DNA of 64,000 bases from Alphaproteobacteria bacterium (GTDB lineage: Bacteria > Pseudomonadota > Alphaproteobacteria > UBA828). Each line of letters starts with the position of its first letter. Within the stretch, counting starts at the first letter, position 1. The position numbers were made by a program, and so were the translations under genes. The notes beneath the pieces are model-generated. The model was not told the origin of the DNA, did no database searches, and saw nothing but the letters and a program-made list of their open reading frames with translations. The stretch is taken from contig CBDCCI010000002.1 of assembly GCA_965214705.1 (NCBI GenBank), forward strand, positions 1,216,001 to 1,280,000, written 5' to 3'. This document shows positions 27,410 through 37,564 of the stretch, piece by piece.

Positions 27410-29077
27410 TTACTCGATGGTTACGCCGTAGACCTCCCGCGCGCGCTCGGCGCTGATGAGGCCGTTCCGCACGTCGCGGCGCACGCGCGCGGGGTCGCGC
27501 TGCTTCGGATCGCCGAAGCCGCCGCCGTTGCCGGTCACCACGCGGATCACGTCGTCCCGCTGCGTCTTGAGGCCGGAGACGAAGGCGAAGCGCTGGCGCT
27601 CGCCCTCGCTCGGAATGAACTCGACGTAGTTGGGCGAGCCCTCGTTGCCGCCGTCGAGCGCCCAGGCGGGGAACTTGGAGCGCGTGTAGCCCACGGTCAG
27701 GAACCCGTCGTTGGCGCGCACCCGGTAATCCATGACGATGCCGCGCCCGCCGGTGTACTGGCCCTCGCCGCCGGGCTCCAGGTTGAGCGCCATCTGGTCC
27801 ACGTAGAGCCCGTTGCGGGCTTCGTTGACCTCCGCCGGGCAGTTGAAGGTCTCGCCGTGGAAGCCGCAGAACATCGCGTTGTTGCCGTCGCGCCCCTCGC
27901 GGCCGCCCCAGCCGCCTAGCTGCGGCTCGATGATGGTGTACTGGCGGCCGGTATCGGGGTGGATGCCGCCGATGAAGGTGCCGCACACCGAGGCGAAGTG
28001 CCCCGCCGCCAGGCGCTCCGGCATGTGCTGGGCGAGGCAGCGCCACATCAGGTCGTAGGCGCGCAGGTCGATCTCGTAATAAAAGCCGATGGGCGCGGGC
28101 TCCTCCGCGTGAAACACCGAGCCCTCCCGCGTCAGCAGGCGGATCGGGCGGAACGAGCCGGCGTTGCACGGCGAATAGGGGTCGGTCAGCGACTTGAAGA
28201 TCATCTGCGCGGCCACCATCACCCCGTCCCGGCTGGTGTTGACGGGGTTGGTCGCCTGGTCGGGGTTGTCCCTCAGATCGACCACGAACTCCTCGTCCCG
28301 GATGGCGATCTCGACGTTGTAAACCTGGCCGTCGTCCTGCTCCTCTGCGAGCGAGAAGGTGCCCTTGGGCAGCGTCGCGAGCGCCGCGCGGGAGACCCGC
28401 TCGCCGTATTCCATGAAGGCCGTCATCGCCTGCTCGAAGGTGGCGGCGCCGAATTTCTCGGCGATCTCCGAGAGCCGCGCGGTGCCGATGCGGACCGACG
28501 CGATCGCCGCCCAGACGTCGCCTTCGAGCACGTCCGGCATGCGCGAGTTGACCTTGATGATCTCGAACACCGGCCGGATCGGCTCGCCCCCGGAGATCAT
28601 CTTGATGGCCGGCAGCCTCAGCCCTTCCTGAAAGATCTCCGTCGCCTCGCCGGTGAGTGAGCCCGGCGCCATGCCGCCCACGTCCGAGTTGTGCGCGATG
28701 TTCGAGGTCCAGGCGATGATCCGGCCGTCGGCGAAGACCGGCATCGCCACTACGATGTCGTTCAGGTGCGTCACCCCGCCGTAGTAGGGGTCGTTGGTGA
28801 CGAAGACGTCGCCGGGCTCGATGGCGCCGGGCTCGCTGAACTTCTCCACGATCACCGCCACCGCCTTGTCGAGCACGCCGACGAAGGCCGGGATGCCAGC
28901 GCCGGAGCAGGCGATCTCGCCCCTGGCGTCGGTAATCCCGGTGCCCATGTCGAGCACCTCGTAGATGATCGAGCTCATCGCCGTCTTCCTCATGGCGGCG
29001 AACATCTCGTCGGCCGCGCTCTGCAGCGAGTTCTGGATGATCTCGAGGGTGATCGGATCGTTTGTCATCGTGTTCAT
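27410..29077 (-). CDS. Hydantoinase B / 5-oxoprolinase subunit
   Basis: Motifs DPITLEII, NDPYYGGVTHLND, DVGGMAPGS, EIFQEG, GGWGG and GGGFGDP. Confidence 0.9.
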   Translation of the reverse strand: MNTMTNDPITLEIIQNSLQSAADEMFAAMRKTAMSSIIYEVLDMGTGITDARGEIACSGAGIPAFVGVLDKAVAVIVEKFSEPGAIEPGDVFVTNDPYYGGVTHLNDIVVAMPVFADGRIIAWTSNIAHNSDVGGMAPGSLTGEATEIFQEGLRLPAIKMISGGEPIRPVFEIIKVNSRMPDVLEGDVWAAIASVRIGTARLSEIAEKFGAATFEQAMTAFMEYGERVSRAALATLPKGTFSLAEEQDDGQVYNVEIAIRDEEFVVDLRDNPDQATNPVNTSRDGVMVAAQMIFKSLTDPYSPCNAGSFRPIRLLTREGSVFHAEEPAPIGFYYEIDLRAYDLMWRCLAQHMPERLAAGHFASVCGTFIGGIHPDTGRQYTIIEPQLGGWGGREGRDGNNAMFCGFHGETFNCPAEVNEARNGLYVDQMALNLEPGGEGQYTGGRGIVMDYRVRANDGFLTVGYTRSKFPAWALDGGNEGSPNYVEFIPSEGERQRFAFVSGLKTQRDDVIRVVTGNGGGFGDPKQRDPARVRRDVRNGLISAERAREVYGVTIE

Positions 29078-29096
29078 CGTGCTGCCGCCGTCTCGC

Positions 29097-31169
29097 TCAG
29101 TTGCGGATATGAATGCGAATGTTGCCAAAGTCATCGACCTCGGCGTGGTTGCCGGGATGGACCACCACGGTCGTCCCCGGATCCTCGACGATGGCCGGTC
29201 CGTCGAAGGCCATGCCGGGCTCCAGCCTCTCGCCGTCGTAGATGGCCGCCTCGCGCACCCCTTCCAGCGCGTAATCGACGGGGCGGCTTCCCTTCCGCGC
29301 CTCGTCGAGCGCCCGTCCCGTCACCTCGCGCCGCGTCATGGTGAGCTTGCCGATCTCCACCCTGGCGACGACGTGGAAGCCCACCATCTCCACCGGTGCA
29401 TCCAGCCGGTAAGTGTATTCGCGCTCGTAGGTCTCGTGGAAGTCGGCCTCGATGGCGGCGACGCGCGCGGCCGTCACCGGGTCCGTGCCCAACGGCACCT
29501 CGGTGGTGTGCTCCTGGTTCTGGTAGCGGAACCGGCCGAAGCGCGAGAGCCGCACCGCGCCGGCATCGACGCCTTCGGCCGCGAAGCGGTTGCGGGCGCG
29601 CGCCTCGGTCTCGGCGAACGCGGCCTCGATGGCGTCCGCGTGGTCGGCGTCGAGATCGACCAGCAACGTGACCACGTCGTCGCGGCGCAGGTCGGACATC
29701 ATCATGCCCCAGGCGGAGAACACCGAGGCATCGGCCGGCACCACCACCTTGGTCACGCCGAGCTCCTGCGCCAACGCCACCGCGTGCATCGCGCCGCCGC
29801 CGCCGAAGGCGATCAGGGTGAAGTCGCGCGGATCGAAGCCCCGGTTGACCGAGACCAGCTTGAGCGCGTTGACCATGTTGTTGTTGGCGATGCGCACGAT
29901 GCCGCGGGCGGCCTCGTCGGCGTCCACGCCGAGCTTAGCGCCCACCGCTTCGATGGCCTTCTGCACCGCGTCCATGTCGGCCTCCACCGACCCGCCGCAG
30001 AAGTAGTCGCGGTTGATGCGGCCGAGCCAGAGGTTGGCGTCGGTCGTGGTCGCTTCCGTTCCGCCGCGCCCATAGGCCGCCGGGCCCGGCATGGCGCCTG
30101 CGGAGCGCGGGCCTACGCGCAGCTTGCCGAAGTCGTCGACCCAGGCGATGGAGCCGCCGCCGTTGCCGATCTCCACCAGATCGACCACTGGCACCATGAT
30201 CGGATAGCCGGCCGTGGCGCGGCTCCGTCCGATCCAGTAGTCGGTCTTGATGCGCACGCGCGCGTCCTCGATCAGCGAGCACTTGGCGGTGGTGCCGCCG
30301 ATGTCGAGCGCGAGCACGTTGGGCTCGCCGATCAACCGGCCCAGCTCGGCCGCGCCCCAGACGCCCGACGCCGGCCCCGATTCCACCATGGTGATCGGGA
30401 TGCGCGAGACCGTGTCCACGGAATCGACGCCGCAGTTGGACTGCATGATGTAGAGCCCACCGGCGAAATCGCGCTCCGCAAGGCCGGCGTCGAGGCGCTG
30501 CAGATAGCGCTCGGCCACCGGCTGCACGTAGGCCGAGAGCACGGCGGTGCTGGTGCGCTCGTATTCGCGCCACTCACGCGTGATCTGGTGGGAGGAGATG
30601 GCGGAGACCTCCGGCCAGAGCCGCTCGATCTCCGCAAGCGCCGCCTGCTCGTGCGCAGGATTGGCGTAGGCGTGGATGAAGCAGACCGCGACCGCCTCCA
30701 CGCCCTCCGCCCGGAAGTCGGCAACGATCTCCGGCAGGGGGCTGAGGTCGAGGGGCTGCATCTCCCGCCCGTGGTAATCCATCCGGCCCGGCAGCTCGCG
30801 GCGCAGGCTGCGCGGCACGAAGGGCTCGGGCTTCTGATAGTGCAGGTTGAAGAAGTCGGGCCGGTTGCCGCGCGCAATCTCCAGCGTGTCGCGGAACCCC
30901 TGCGTGGTGATGAGCCCGACCTTGACGCCGGTGCGCTCGGTCAGCGCGTTGATGACCACCGTCGTCCCGTGGGCGAGAAAGTCGACTGCGTCCGCAGCGA
31001 CGCCCCCCTTGGCCATCACGTCGAACACGCCCTCCTCGTAGCCGCTAGGGGTGGTGTCGGTCTTGGCGCTGCGGACAGTCGACGTGCCATTGGCGTCGTC
31101 GGATTCGAGAACCAGAAGATCGGTGAACGTGCCGCCGACATCGGTGGCGACGCGGATGGTCTTGGTCAT
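29097..31169 (-). CDS. Hydantoinase A / 5-oxoprolinase ATP-binding subunit
   Basis: Motifs DVGGTFTD, HGTT, EYERTST, SGPASG, DIGGTT, GGGS, SAGAMPGPAAY and FGGGG. Confidence 0.92.
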   Translation of the reverse strand: MTKTIRVATDVGGTFTDLLVLESDDANGTSTVRSAKTDTTPSGYEEGVFDVMAKGGVAADAVDFLAHGTTVVINALTERTGVKVGLITTQGFRDTLEIARGNRPDFFNLHYQKPEPFVPRSLRRELPGRMDYHGREMQPLDLSPLPEIVADFRAEGVEAVAVCFIHAYANPAHEQAALAEIERLWPEVSAISSHQITREWREYERTSTAVLSAYVQPVAERYLQRLDAGLAERDFAGGLYIMQSNCGVDSVDTVSRIPITMVESGPASGVWGAAELGRLIGEPNVLALDIGGTTAKCSLIEDARVRIKTDYWIGRSRATAGYPIMVPVVDLVEIGNGGGSIAWVDDFGKLRVGPRSAGAMPGPAAYGRGGTEATTTDANLWLGRINRDYFCGGSVEADMDAVQKAIEAVGAKLGVDADEAARGIVRIANNNMVNALKLVSVNRGFDPRDFTLIAFGGGGAMHAVALAQELGVTKVVVPADASVFSAWGMMMSDLRRDDVVTLLVDLDADHADAIEAAFAETEARARNRFAAEGVDAGAVRLSRFGRFRYQNQEHTTEVPLGTDPVTAARVAAIEADFHETYEREYTYRLDAPVEMVGFHVVARVEIGKLTMTRREVTGRALDEARKGSRPVDYALEGVREAAIYDGERLEPGMAFDGPAIVEDPGTTVVVHPGNHAEVDDFGNIRIHIRN

Positions 31170-31227
31170 TAGCGAACTTCCTCGGTGGATGGGACAGCAA
31201 GAGACGGTCGGCGGGAGTTCGGCGGGT

Positions 31228-32040
31228 TCATGCGCCGAGCCCTCCTTCTGCGAGGCGGTCGCGGACCATCTCCTCCTCGCGGGAGACCACCGGCACGGCG
31301 CTGATGAGGCGCCGCGTGTAGGGGTGCTCGGGTTCTGCGAACAGCGCCTCCGTCACGCCGATCTCCAGCAGGCGGCCCTTCTCGAACACCGCGACGCGAT
31401 CGGCGAAGTTGCGCACCACCGAGAGGTCGTGGGTGATGAAGAGGTAGGTGAGCCCGCGCCGCGGCTTCAGCTCCTCCAGCAGCCGCAGCACGCGCGCCTG
31501 CACTAGCACGTCGAGCGAGGAGGTGGGCTCGTCGAGCACCACCAGCTCCGAGCGGCAGGCCAGCGCGCGGGCGACCGCGACCCGCTGCCGCTGCCCGCCG
31601 GAAAGCGCTGCGGGATAGCGCCGGGCGAAGTCGCTGGGCAGGCCCACCTCCTCCAGCAGCGTCGCCACGATCTCCGGCCGCTCGCGCCGCTCGCCGATGC
31701 GGTGCACGTCCAGCGCAAGGCGTAGCGAGGCGCCCACGGTGCGCTTCGGGTTGAGGGTGGAAAGCGGGTTCTGCTGCACCAGCTGGATGGCGCGCCGGTG
31801 CTCCCGGCGGCGCCGGGAGGGCAAGGGCTCTCCGTGCATCAGGATGGCGCCGGCGGTCGGCGGATAGACGCCGAGAATGAGGTTGGCGACCGTAGTCTTG
31901 CCGGCACCGGATTCGCCCACGATGGCGAGACACTCGCCCTCCCGGACATCGAACGAGACATCGAGCAGGGCAGGGACCTCGCGGTCCTCCAGCCGGAACA
32001 CCTTGCTCGCGCCGTGCACTTCGAGCAGCGGCGGGCTCAT
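31228..32040 (-). CDS. Oligopeptide/dipeptide-type ABC transporter ATP-binding protein (OppF-like)
   Basis: Motifs GESGAGKT, LSGGQRQR, LDEPT and HPYTRRL; start at ATG 32040. Confidence 0.88.
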   Translation of the reverse strand: MSPPLLEVHGASKVFRLEDREVPALLDVSFDVREGECLAIVGESGAGKTTVANLILGVYPPTAGAILMHGEPLPSRRRREHRRAIQLVQQNPLSTLNPKRTVGASLRLALDVHRIGERRERPEIVATLLEEVGLPSDFARRYPAALSGGQRQRVAVARALACRSELVVLDEPTSSLDVLVQARVLRLLEELKPRRGLTYLFITHDLSVVRNFADRVAVFEKGRLLEIGVTEALFAEPEHPYTRRLISAVPVVSREEEMVRDRLAEGGLGA

Positions 32041-32918
32041 GCGCTGGCCCTCTCGCTCTCGTGGACGACCAGGGGCTGCGAGAAGTCGCGCGGCTCGTCG
32101 CCGATGTCGGGCAGCCCGCCGCCGGTGATGCGCGGCACCGCCGCCATCAGCGCCCGCGTGTAGGCGTGGCCGGGGCGCTCGAAAACCGAAGCGCACGGCC
32201 CCTGCTCGACGATCCTGCCCTTGTAGATCACGTAGACGCGGTCGGCGAACTCGCGCACGACGCCGAGGTTGTGGGAGATGAACAGCACCGACGTGTGGTG
32301 ATGCTCCACCAGCTCGCGCATCAGCTTGAGCGTCTGGGCCTGCACCGTCACGTCGAGCGCGGTGCCCGGCTCGTCGGCGATGAGCAGCGCAGGCTCGTTG
32401 GCGAGCGCCATCGCGATCATCACCCGCTGGTTCATGCCGCCCGAAAGCTGGAAGGGATAGGAGTCGAAGACCCGATCCGGGTCGTCGATGGAGACCTCCA
32501 GCAGCATCTGCGCCGCGCGCTCCCTGGCCGCGTGCTCGTTGATCTTGGGCTCCGCCCGCCTGAGCACCTCGTGGAACTGGGTGCCGATGCGGTAGACCGG
32601 GTTGAGCGACGAGGTGGGGTCCTGGAACACCATGGTCATGCGGGTGCCGCGCAGCCGCTGGCGCTCCCGCGCCGACAGCCGGTCGAGATCGCGTCCCTCG
32701 AAGACCACGTTCCCCGAAATCCGCGCCGAGCGCAGCAGCTGCAGCAGGCCGAGGACGATGCGCGCGGTGACCGACTTGCCGGAGCCGGATTCGCCCACCA
32801 GCGCCACCCGCTCGCCCGGCGCAATGTTCAGCGAAATGCCGTGCAGCACTTCGACGTAGGCCTCGTAGGTCCTGAAGCCGAGCCGGAGGTCGCGGATGTC
32901 CAGCGTCGGCACGGTCAT
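32037..32918 (-). CDS. Oligopeptide/dipeptide-type ABC transporter ATP-binding protein (OppD-like)
   Basis: Motifs GESGSGKS, YPFQLSGGMNQR and ADEP; start at ATG 32918. Confidence 0.88.
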   Translation of the reverse strand: MTVPTLDIRDLRLGFRTYEAYVEVLHGISLNIAPGERVALVGESGSGKSVTARIVLGLLQLLRSARISGNVVFEGRDLDRLSARERQRLRGTRMTMVFQDPTSSLNPVYRIGTQFHEVLRRAEPKINEHAARERAAQMLLEVSIDDPDRVFDSYPFQLSGGMNQRVMIAMALANEPALLIADEPGTALDVTVQAQTLKLMRELVEHHHTSVLFISHNLGVVREFADRVYVIYKGRIVEQGPCASVFERPGHAYTRALMAAVPRITGGGLPDIGDEPRDFSQPLVVHESERASA

Positions 32919-33748
32919 TGGTCGGCCCCGAAGAGCTCGCGCAAGGCGTCGCCGATGAGGTTGAAGCCGAACACCGCAATCAGGATCGCGAGGCTCGGGA
33001 AGATCGTGAGCCACCAGGAATCGGGCAGGTATTTCGCGCCGTCGGCCACCATCGAGCCGAGGTCCGGCGTCGGCGGCTGCACGCCGAGGCCGAGGAAGGA
33101 GAGCGAGGACGCGATCAGAATGATGAAGCCGAGATCGAGCGTCATCTTGGTAACGATGGAGGGGAAGCAGTTCGGCAGAACCTCGCGGAACATCACGTGC
33201 AGGCGCGACGCGCCGATCAGCTCGGCCGCGAGCACGTAGCCCTCCTCCTTCTCTCCCCGCGTCATGTTGTAGACGAGCCTCGCGTACCACGGCCACCACA
33301 TCGCTGTGACCGCCAGCATCCCGTTGATCAGCGTCGGCTCCAGCACGCCCATGATCGACATGGCGAGGACCAGCGGCGGGATCGAGAGGAAGACGTCGGT
33401 CACGCGCATCAGCGCGAACTCGGTGTAGCGCCCGAAGTAGCCGGCGATCAGCCCGACGGTGACGCCCACGGGAACGGCGATGCCGAGCACCACCACGCCC
33501 AGGATCAGCGAGATCCGGTAGGCGTAGATGACACGGCTGAAAAGATCGCGGCCGACCAGGTCGGTCCCCATCAGGTGCGGCCACTTGGGCGCCTGATTGA
33601 AGTTCGCGAAGTCGACCACCGCGCCCCGATGCTCGGGGAAGGGCGCAATGAAGTCTGCGAAGATGGCGCAGATCAGGATGATACCGATCAGGATCAGCCC
33701 GAGCAGTGAGAGCGGATTCGAGGCCAGGATCGCGAACGCCCGCCTCAC
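32915..33748 (-). CDS. ABC transporter permease (OppC-like)
   Basis: Motifs GTDLVGRDLFSR and LSFLGLGVQPPTPDLG; GTG start overlaps the upstream stop. Confidence 0.88.
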   Translation of the reverse strand: MRRAFAILASNPLSLLGLILIGIILICAIFADFIAPFPEHRGAVVDFANFNQAPKWPHLMGTDLVGRDLFSRVIYAYRISLILGVVVLGIAVPVGVTVGLIAGYFGRYTEFALMRVTDVFLSIPPLVLAMSIMGVLEPTLINGMLAVTAMWWPWYARLVYNMTRGEKEEGYVLAAELIGASRLHVMFREVLPNCFPSIVTKMTLDLGFIILIASSLSFLGLGVQPPTPDLGSMVADGAKYLPDSWWLTIFPSLAILIAVFGFNLIGDALRELFGADQ

Positions 33749-34770
33749 GACGCGGTCCTCGAATAGCGGATGCGCGGGTTGATGATGGTGACCAGTACAT
33801 CGACGATGAGATTCATAATGAGGAAGGTCGCCGAGATGATGAGCACCGTGCCGACGATGGCATCCAGGTCCTTGCGCAGGATGACCGAGACGCCGTAGCG
33901 CGAGAGGCCGGGCCAAGCGAACACCGCCTCGACCAGGAAGGCGTTGCCGAGCATGGCCGCGAAGTCGAGCCCGATGATCGTGAGCGACGGAATCAGCGAA
34001 GGCTTGAAGGCGTATCGGTTGGCGATGCGCCGGTCCGGCACGCCGTAGGAGCGCGCCATTTCGACGTAGGGCTTGTCGTAGGTCTCCACCATGTTGGCGC
34101 GCGTGAGCCGTGCCGTCTGCCCGATGCCCGAGAGCGCGAGCGCGAAGGCAGGCAGGATGACGTGCCAGACGGCGTTGCCGAAGGCCGCGAGGTTGCCCGC
34201 GATCAGCGTGTCGAGGAACAGGAAGCCGGTGACCTGCTCGATGGCAAAGGTGTCGGAGATGCGGCCGGCGATGGGGAAGAGTGGCAGGAAGTACGCGAAC
34301 AGCAGCATCAGAATCACGGCCCAAACGAAGCTCGGCGCCGAGACTCCGAGCAGGGCGATCATTCGGATGGCGTTGTCGATCCAGGTGCCTCGCCAGCGGG
34401 CGGACGCGATGCCGAGCGGAAGCCCGATCACGATCATCATCGCGCCGGCGACGAAGATCAGCTCCAGCGTGGCCGGCAGAAACTGCGCGATATCCACCAC
34501 CACGGGCCGGTTGGTGTAGAGCGAGATGCCGAGGTCGCCCTGCGCGAGCTCGCTCAGGAAGTGCCCGTACTGGGTCGTGATCGGCTCGTCGAGGCGAAGC
34601 TCGGCGCGCAGCTTGGCGACCTGCTCTGCGGTCGCGCTCGGTCCAAGCGCGATGCGCGCGGGATCGCCCGGGATGACCCGGGCGATCGCGAAGATCAGCA
34701 TCGAGACCCCCAGTAGGACGATGCAGGAGATCCCGACGCGCCGCACAAAAATGAGGATCGTCGGCGTCAC
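33745..34770 (-). CDS. ABC transporter permease (OppB-like)
   Basis: Motifs IPGDPA, GDLGISL, PATLEL and EAVFAWPG. Confidence 0.88.
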   Translation of the reverse strand: MTPTILIFVRRVGISCIVLLGVSMLIFAIARVIPGDPARIALGPSATAEQVAKLRAELRLDEPITTQYGHFLSELAQGDLGISLYTNRPVVVDIAQFLPATLELIFVAGAMMIVIGLPLGIASARWRGTWIDNAIRMIALLGVSAPSFVWAVILMLLFAYFLPLFPIAGRISDTFAIEQVTGFLFLDTLIAGNLAAFGNAVWHVILPAFALALSGIGQTARLTRANMVETYDKPYVEMARSYGVPDRRIANRYAFKPSLIPSLTIIGLDFAAMLGNAFLVEAVFAWPGLSRYGVSVILRKDLDAIVGTVLIISATFLIMNLIVDVLVTIINPRIRYSRTAS

Positions 34771-34787
34771 GACCCCACTCTAAACGA

Positions 34788-34820
34788 CGGGGCGGGCAGG
34801 TCGACAGCATGCCCGCCCCG
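34788..34820 (-). promoter_or_regulatory. Intercistronic stem-loop after the substrate-binding gene (possible mRNA-stabilising element)
   Basis: 11-bp stem CGGGGCGGGCA…TGCCCGCCCCG between the SBP and permease genes. Confidence 0.5.
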
Positions 34821-34830
34821 CCGCTGAGCG

Positions 34831-36423
34831 TTACTCGGTCATTTCCATGAGGCGGAAGCTGAAGCCGAATCCGTCGAGGCCGAAGGCCATGGCCGGATCG
34901 CTCAGAGCCGGCACCTTGACCCGGTTGGACGCCGCAAAGACCGACTGCGAATCGTGCGCGTAGATGGTGGGCGAGATCGCGATCAGCCTGTCGTTGAGTG
35001 CGGAGTAGGCCTCCTGCCGTGCCTCCGGTGTCGCCCCCGTGCGTCCGGCGTCCAGCAGCCGGTCCACCTCGGCGTCATTGAGGTGTTCGGGCGACTGCCA
35101 CGTCCCGGCTGCGCTGGAGTGGTACATGCCGTAGAGCAGCGTATCGGTATCGCCGGTCACCGCGGTGACGTAGACCTGCGAGACGTTGGGCGTGGTCTCC
35201 GAGTTCGACACCTGCTCGGCGAACAGCGCCCACGGGATCCTGCGGATTTCGGAGTTGATGCCGATCTCCGCGAAGTTCGCCTGCATGAGCAGCGCGAAGC
35301 GCTCCTCCAGCGGCACTTCGCCGATCCAGGTGAGCTCCAGAGTGAACTCGTCCGGCGAGTACTTGCAGTCGGCCAGATGCTGCCGCGCCGCGTCGAGATC
35401 GCGCGTCTGCGCCTTCTCGCGCGGGTTGGCGCCCAGCATCGCGGCCGGGATCGCGCCGGTCGACAGCGTCCCCTGGGAGACCTCGTCGGTGACCGCGATG
35501 ATCTTGACCCCACCCTCGTAGTCGAAGGCCTTGGCCAGCGCGAGACGGCAGTTCACATCGTCGAGCGGCGGCTTGGTCGTGTTCAGCTTCATGTAGAAGC
35601 CGGTCACACCGCCCTCGGTGAGGAGCTGTGCACCCTCCCCGGCAAGCGCCCCCAGAACCTCCGGCGGCACCCACTGCGAGGAGATGTCGTGCTCGCCCTG
35701 AGCGATGAGCGTGCGCACCGTCGCCGCCTCGAGCCCGTAGCGAAGGCGCGCCGTGTCCGGCGCCGCTTCGGCGATGGGCAGGAAGTAGTCGGCGTTCTTC
35801 TCCATCACCGTCTCTTCCTGCGGGTTGTGCGAGACCACCCGATAGGCGCCCGTCCCACCCCCGTTCTGGGACAGGAAGGCCTGGCCCCAGTCGCCCATCT
35901 CGCCCTCACCTTCGCCGAGATTGGCCATGACGAGCTGCTTGTCGACGATGGGGAGCCGCACCAGCGACGAGACGAAGGGCGCGTAGGGCTCGGAGAGGGT
36001 GAAGCGCACGGTGTGCGAGTCCACCGCGTCAGCGCCTTCCACGCTCACGAACAGGTAGGAAAGTCCCTGGCCGATGGTCTTCATGCGGTCGAGCGAGAAG
36101 ACCACGTCGTCGGCGGTGAGTGGATTGCCGCTCTGGAACGTCACGTCGTCGCGGAGCGTGAAGGTGAAGCTCGTCCCCTCGCCGGACCAGCTCGCGGCCA
36201 GATGCGGATCGTGGCCGGGCGCGCCCTGCTGCGGGATCACGAGGGTGTCGTAGACGTTGAACATCAGGATGGAGTCGGCGTAGTCGGTCGCCTTGGCCGG
36301 GTCGAGCTCGCCGACCGCGACCTCGTCGAGGCGCAGCACACCGCCCGCCTGGACGATCTGGGGAATCGCCCCCAGGGCTGCCACCAGCGAGGCTGCCGAC
36401 AGCAGTTTCAGTAGTGTTCTCAT
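34831..36423 (-). CDS. Family 5 ABC substrate-binding protein
   Basis: Signal peptide; motifs NVYDTL, FTLRDDVTFQSGNPLTADDVVFSLDR and GTGAY. Confidence 0.9.
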   Translation of the reverse strand: MRTLLKLLSAASLVAALGAIPQIVQAGGVLRLDEVAVGELDPAKATDYADSILMFNVYDTLVIPQQGAPGHDPHLAASWSGEGTSFTFTLRDDVTFQSGNPLTADDVVFSLDRMKTIGQGLSYLFVSVEGADAVDSHTVRFTLSEPYAPFVSSLVRLPIVDKQLVMANLGEGEGEMGDWGQAFLSQNGGGTGAYRVVSHNPQEETVMEKNADYFLPIAEAAPDTARLRYGLEAATVRTLIAQGEHDISSQWVPPEVLGALAGEGAQLLTEGGVTGFYMKLNTTKPPLDDVNCRLALAKAFDYEGGVKIIAVTDEVSQGTLSTGAIPAAMLGANPREKAQTRDLDAARQHLADCKYSPDEFTLELTWIGEVPLEERFALLMQANFAEIGINSEIRRIPWALFAEQVSNSETTPNVSQVYVTAVTGDTDTLLYGMYHSSAAGTWQSPEHLNDAEVDRLLDAGRTGATPEARQEAYSALNDRLIAISPTIYAHDSQSVFAASNRVKVPALSDPAMAFGLDGFGFSFRLMEMTE

Positions 36424-36515
36424 GTCATGGTTCTCCCTTGTCTCCTGCTTTTGAAGTCAATTCGCATACGGTCATGCCGGAGAGCGATCTCAACAACCGC
36501 GCCTCTCTCTCACGT

Positions 36516-36606
36516 CGTCATGCCCGGACTTGATCCGGGCATCCACGTTCCTTGCCCCTGCCGCACGAAAAACACGTGGATGGCCGGGTCAAGCCCGGCC
36601 ATGACG
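36516..36606. repeat. Alphaproteobacterial REP-type paired palindromic element
   Basis: CGTCATGCCCGGACTTGATCCGGGCATCCACG and the inverted copy CGTGGATGGCCGGGTCAAGCCCGGCCATGACG, each with an internal hairpin. Confidence 0.85.
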
Positions 36607-36654
36607 TGAGGGGCGGCGTAGACAAACAGAAACTTCTCGAACGGGTCACTAGTC

Positions 36655-37275
36655 TCACTCTTCGATCTCGGCCGCCTGCGGCCGCTTGCTGTGGTCGCCA
36701 AAAATGTCCGATGTGCACACGTGCAAGATCACGGCCGGCGACGTGCCGTGGTTCCAGCTCGAATGCCGCCGCGTCGACTTGAAATGGATGGAGGAGCCGG
36801 CCTCGAGCACCGTGCTCTCGTCCTCGGTCTCCACCGTGATGGCTCCCTCCAGGATGTAGAACAGCTCCTCGCCTTCGTGCCGTATCCACTCGGAGCGATG
36901 CCCCGGCGGCTTGTGGATGATGACGCAGTTGAGAACGCTGCCGGGGAAGGACGCCGAAATCCGCTCGTAGCGGAGCGCGAGCTTCTCGATGGTGAAGCTC
37001 GGCCGCTCTCCCATCAGCGTAAACGGCGCATCGGGGCGCGGCGGGGCGAGAAACTCGGTGACGTGCGTGCCCAGCACGCCGGATATGGCGGCAAGCGACG
37101 ACAGCGAGGGCGCGTTTAGTCCTCGTTCAATTTGGGAGATGAAGCCGACCGAAAGCCCGGCCCCGTCGGCGACCTGCTTGAGCGTCAGCCCGAGCTGCTG
37201 GCGGCGGTCGCGCAGCCGCTTGCCCAGGGGGGCATCCGCCTCCGCCGACTGTGCCTTCGCCGAACTCTTGGCCAT
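36655..37275 (-). CDS. XRE-family HTH + cupin transcriptional regulator
   Basis: LRDRRQQLGLTLKQVADGAGLSVGFISQIERGLNAPS, then cupin HEGEE…H. Confidence 0.9.
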   Translation of the reverse strand: MAKSSAKAQSAEADAPLGKRLRDRRQQLGLTLKQVADGAGLSVGFISQIERGLNAPSLSSLAAISGVLGTHVTEFLAPPRPDAPFTLMGERPSFTIEKLALRYERISASFPGSVLNCVIIHKPPGHRSEWIRHEGEELFYILEGAITVETEDESTVLEAGSSIHFKSTRRHSSWNHGTSPAVILHVCTSDIFGDHSKRPQAAEIEE

Positions 37276-37450
37276 CTCCCGAGGCGCCCCCTGATTTCAC
37301 TCTGGGTAAAATCCTGACGCATCGGGCTGAGCCGAGTCAACCGCTCTGTGCTGGCAGCGGGATCGCCGCCGGCAGTGTCAGCGAGGGAAGAGAGTCGCGT
37401 CCCGCGCGGCATCGCGCGCCCCATGTGAGACGGTCAAGCCAAAAATTCAG

Positions 37451-37515
37451 GCGGGATTCGCCGGGATCCGGTGAGACCAGTGGGATAAGTGAGATAAGTG
37501 AGACAGGCGGGATTT
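37451..37515 (+). repeat. Degenerate 9-10 bp tandem repeat (~7 units, GYGRGAYnn)
   Basis: Consecutive units GTGAGACCA GTGGGATAA GTGAGATAA GTGAGACAG GCGGGATTT plus two weaker upstream units. Confidence 0.55.
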
Positions 37516-37564
37516 CGCGCGGCCCGAATGACTTCCCTCTCCCCCTGTCCCCCTCCCAAGTTGC

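Noticed and set aside
1235-36414. Many long overlapping alternative-frame or antisense ORFs (e.g. 7189-8928, 17510-20260, 21445-23403, 25326-27431, 28965-31172)
   Set aside because: They are Arg/Ala/Gly/Pro-rich shadows of real genes, expected from stop-codon scarcity in high-GC DNA, and carry no recognisable motifs.
36510-36701. Small ORFs with VMPGLDPGIH / MAGSSPAMT peptides
   Set aside because: They are translations of the REP-type palindromic element, not genes.
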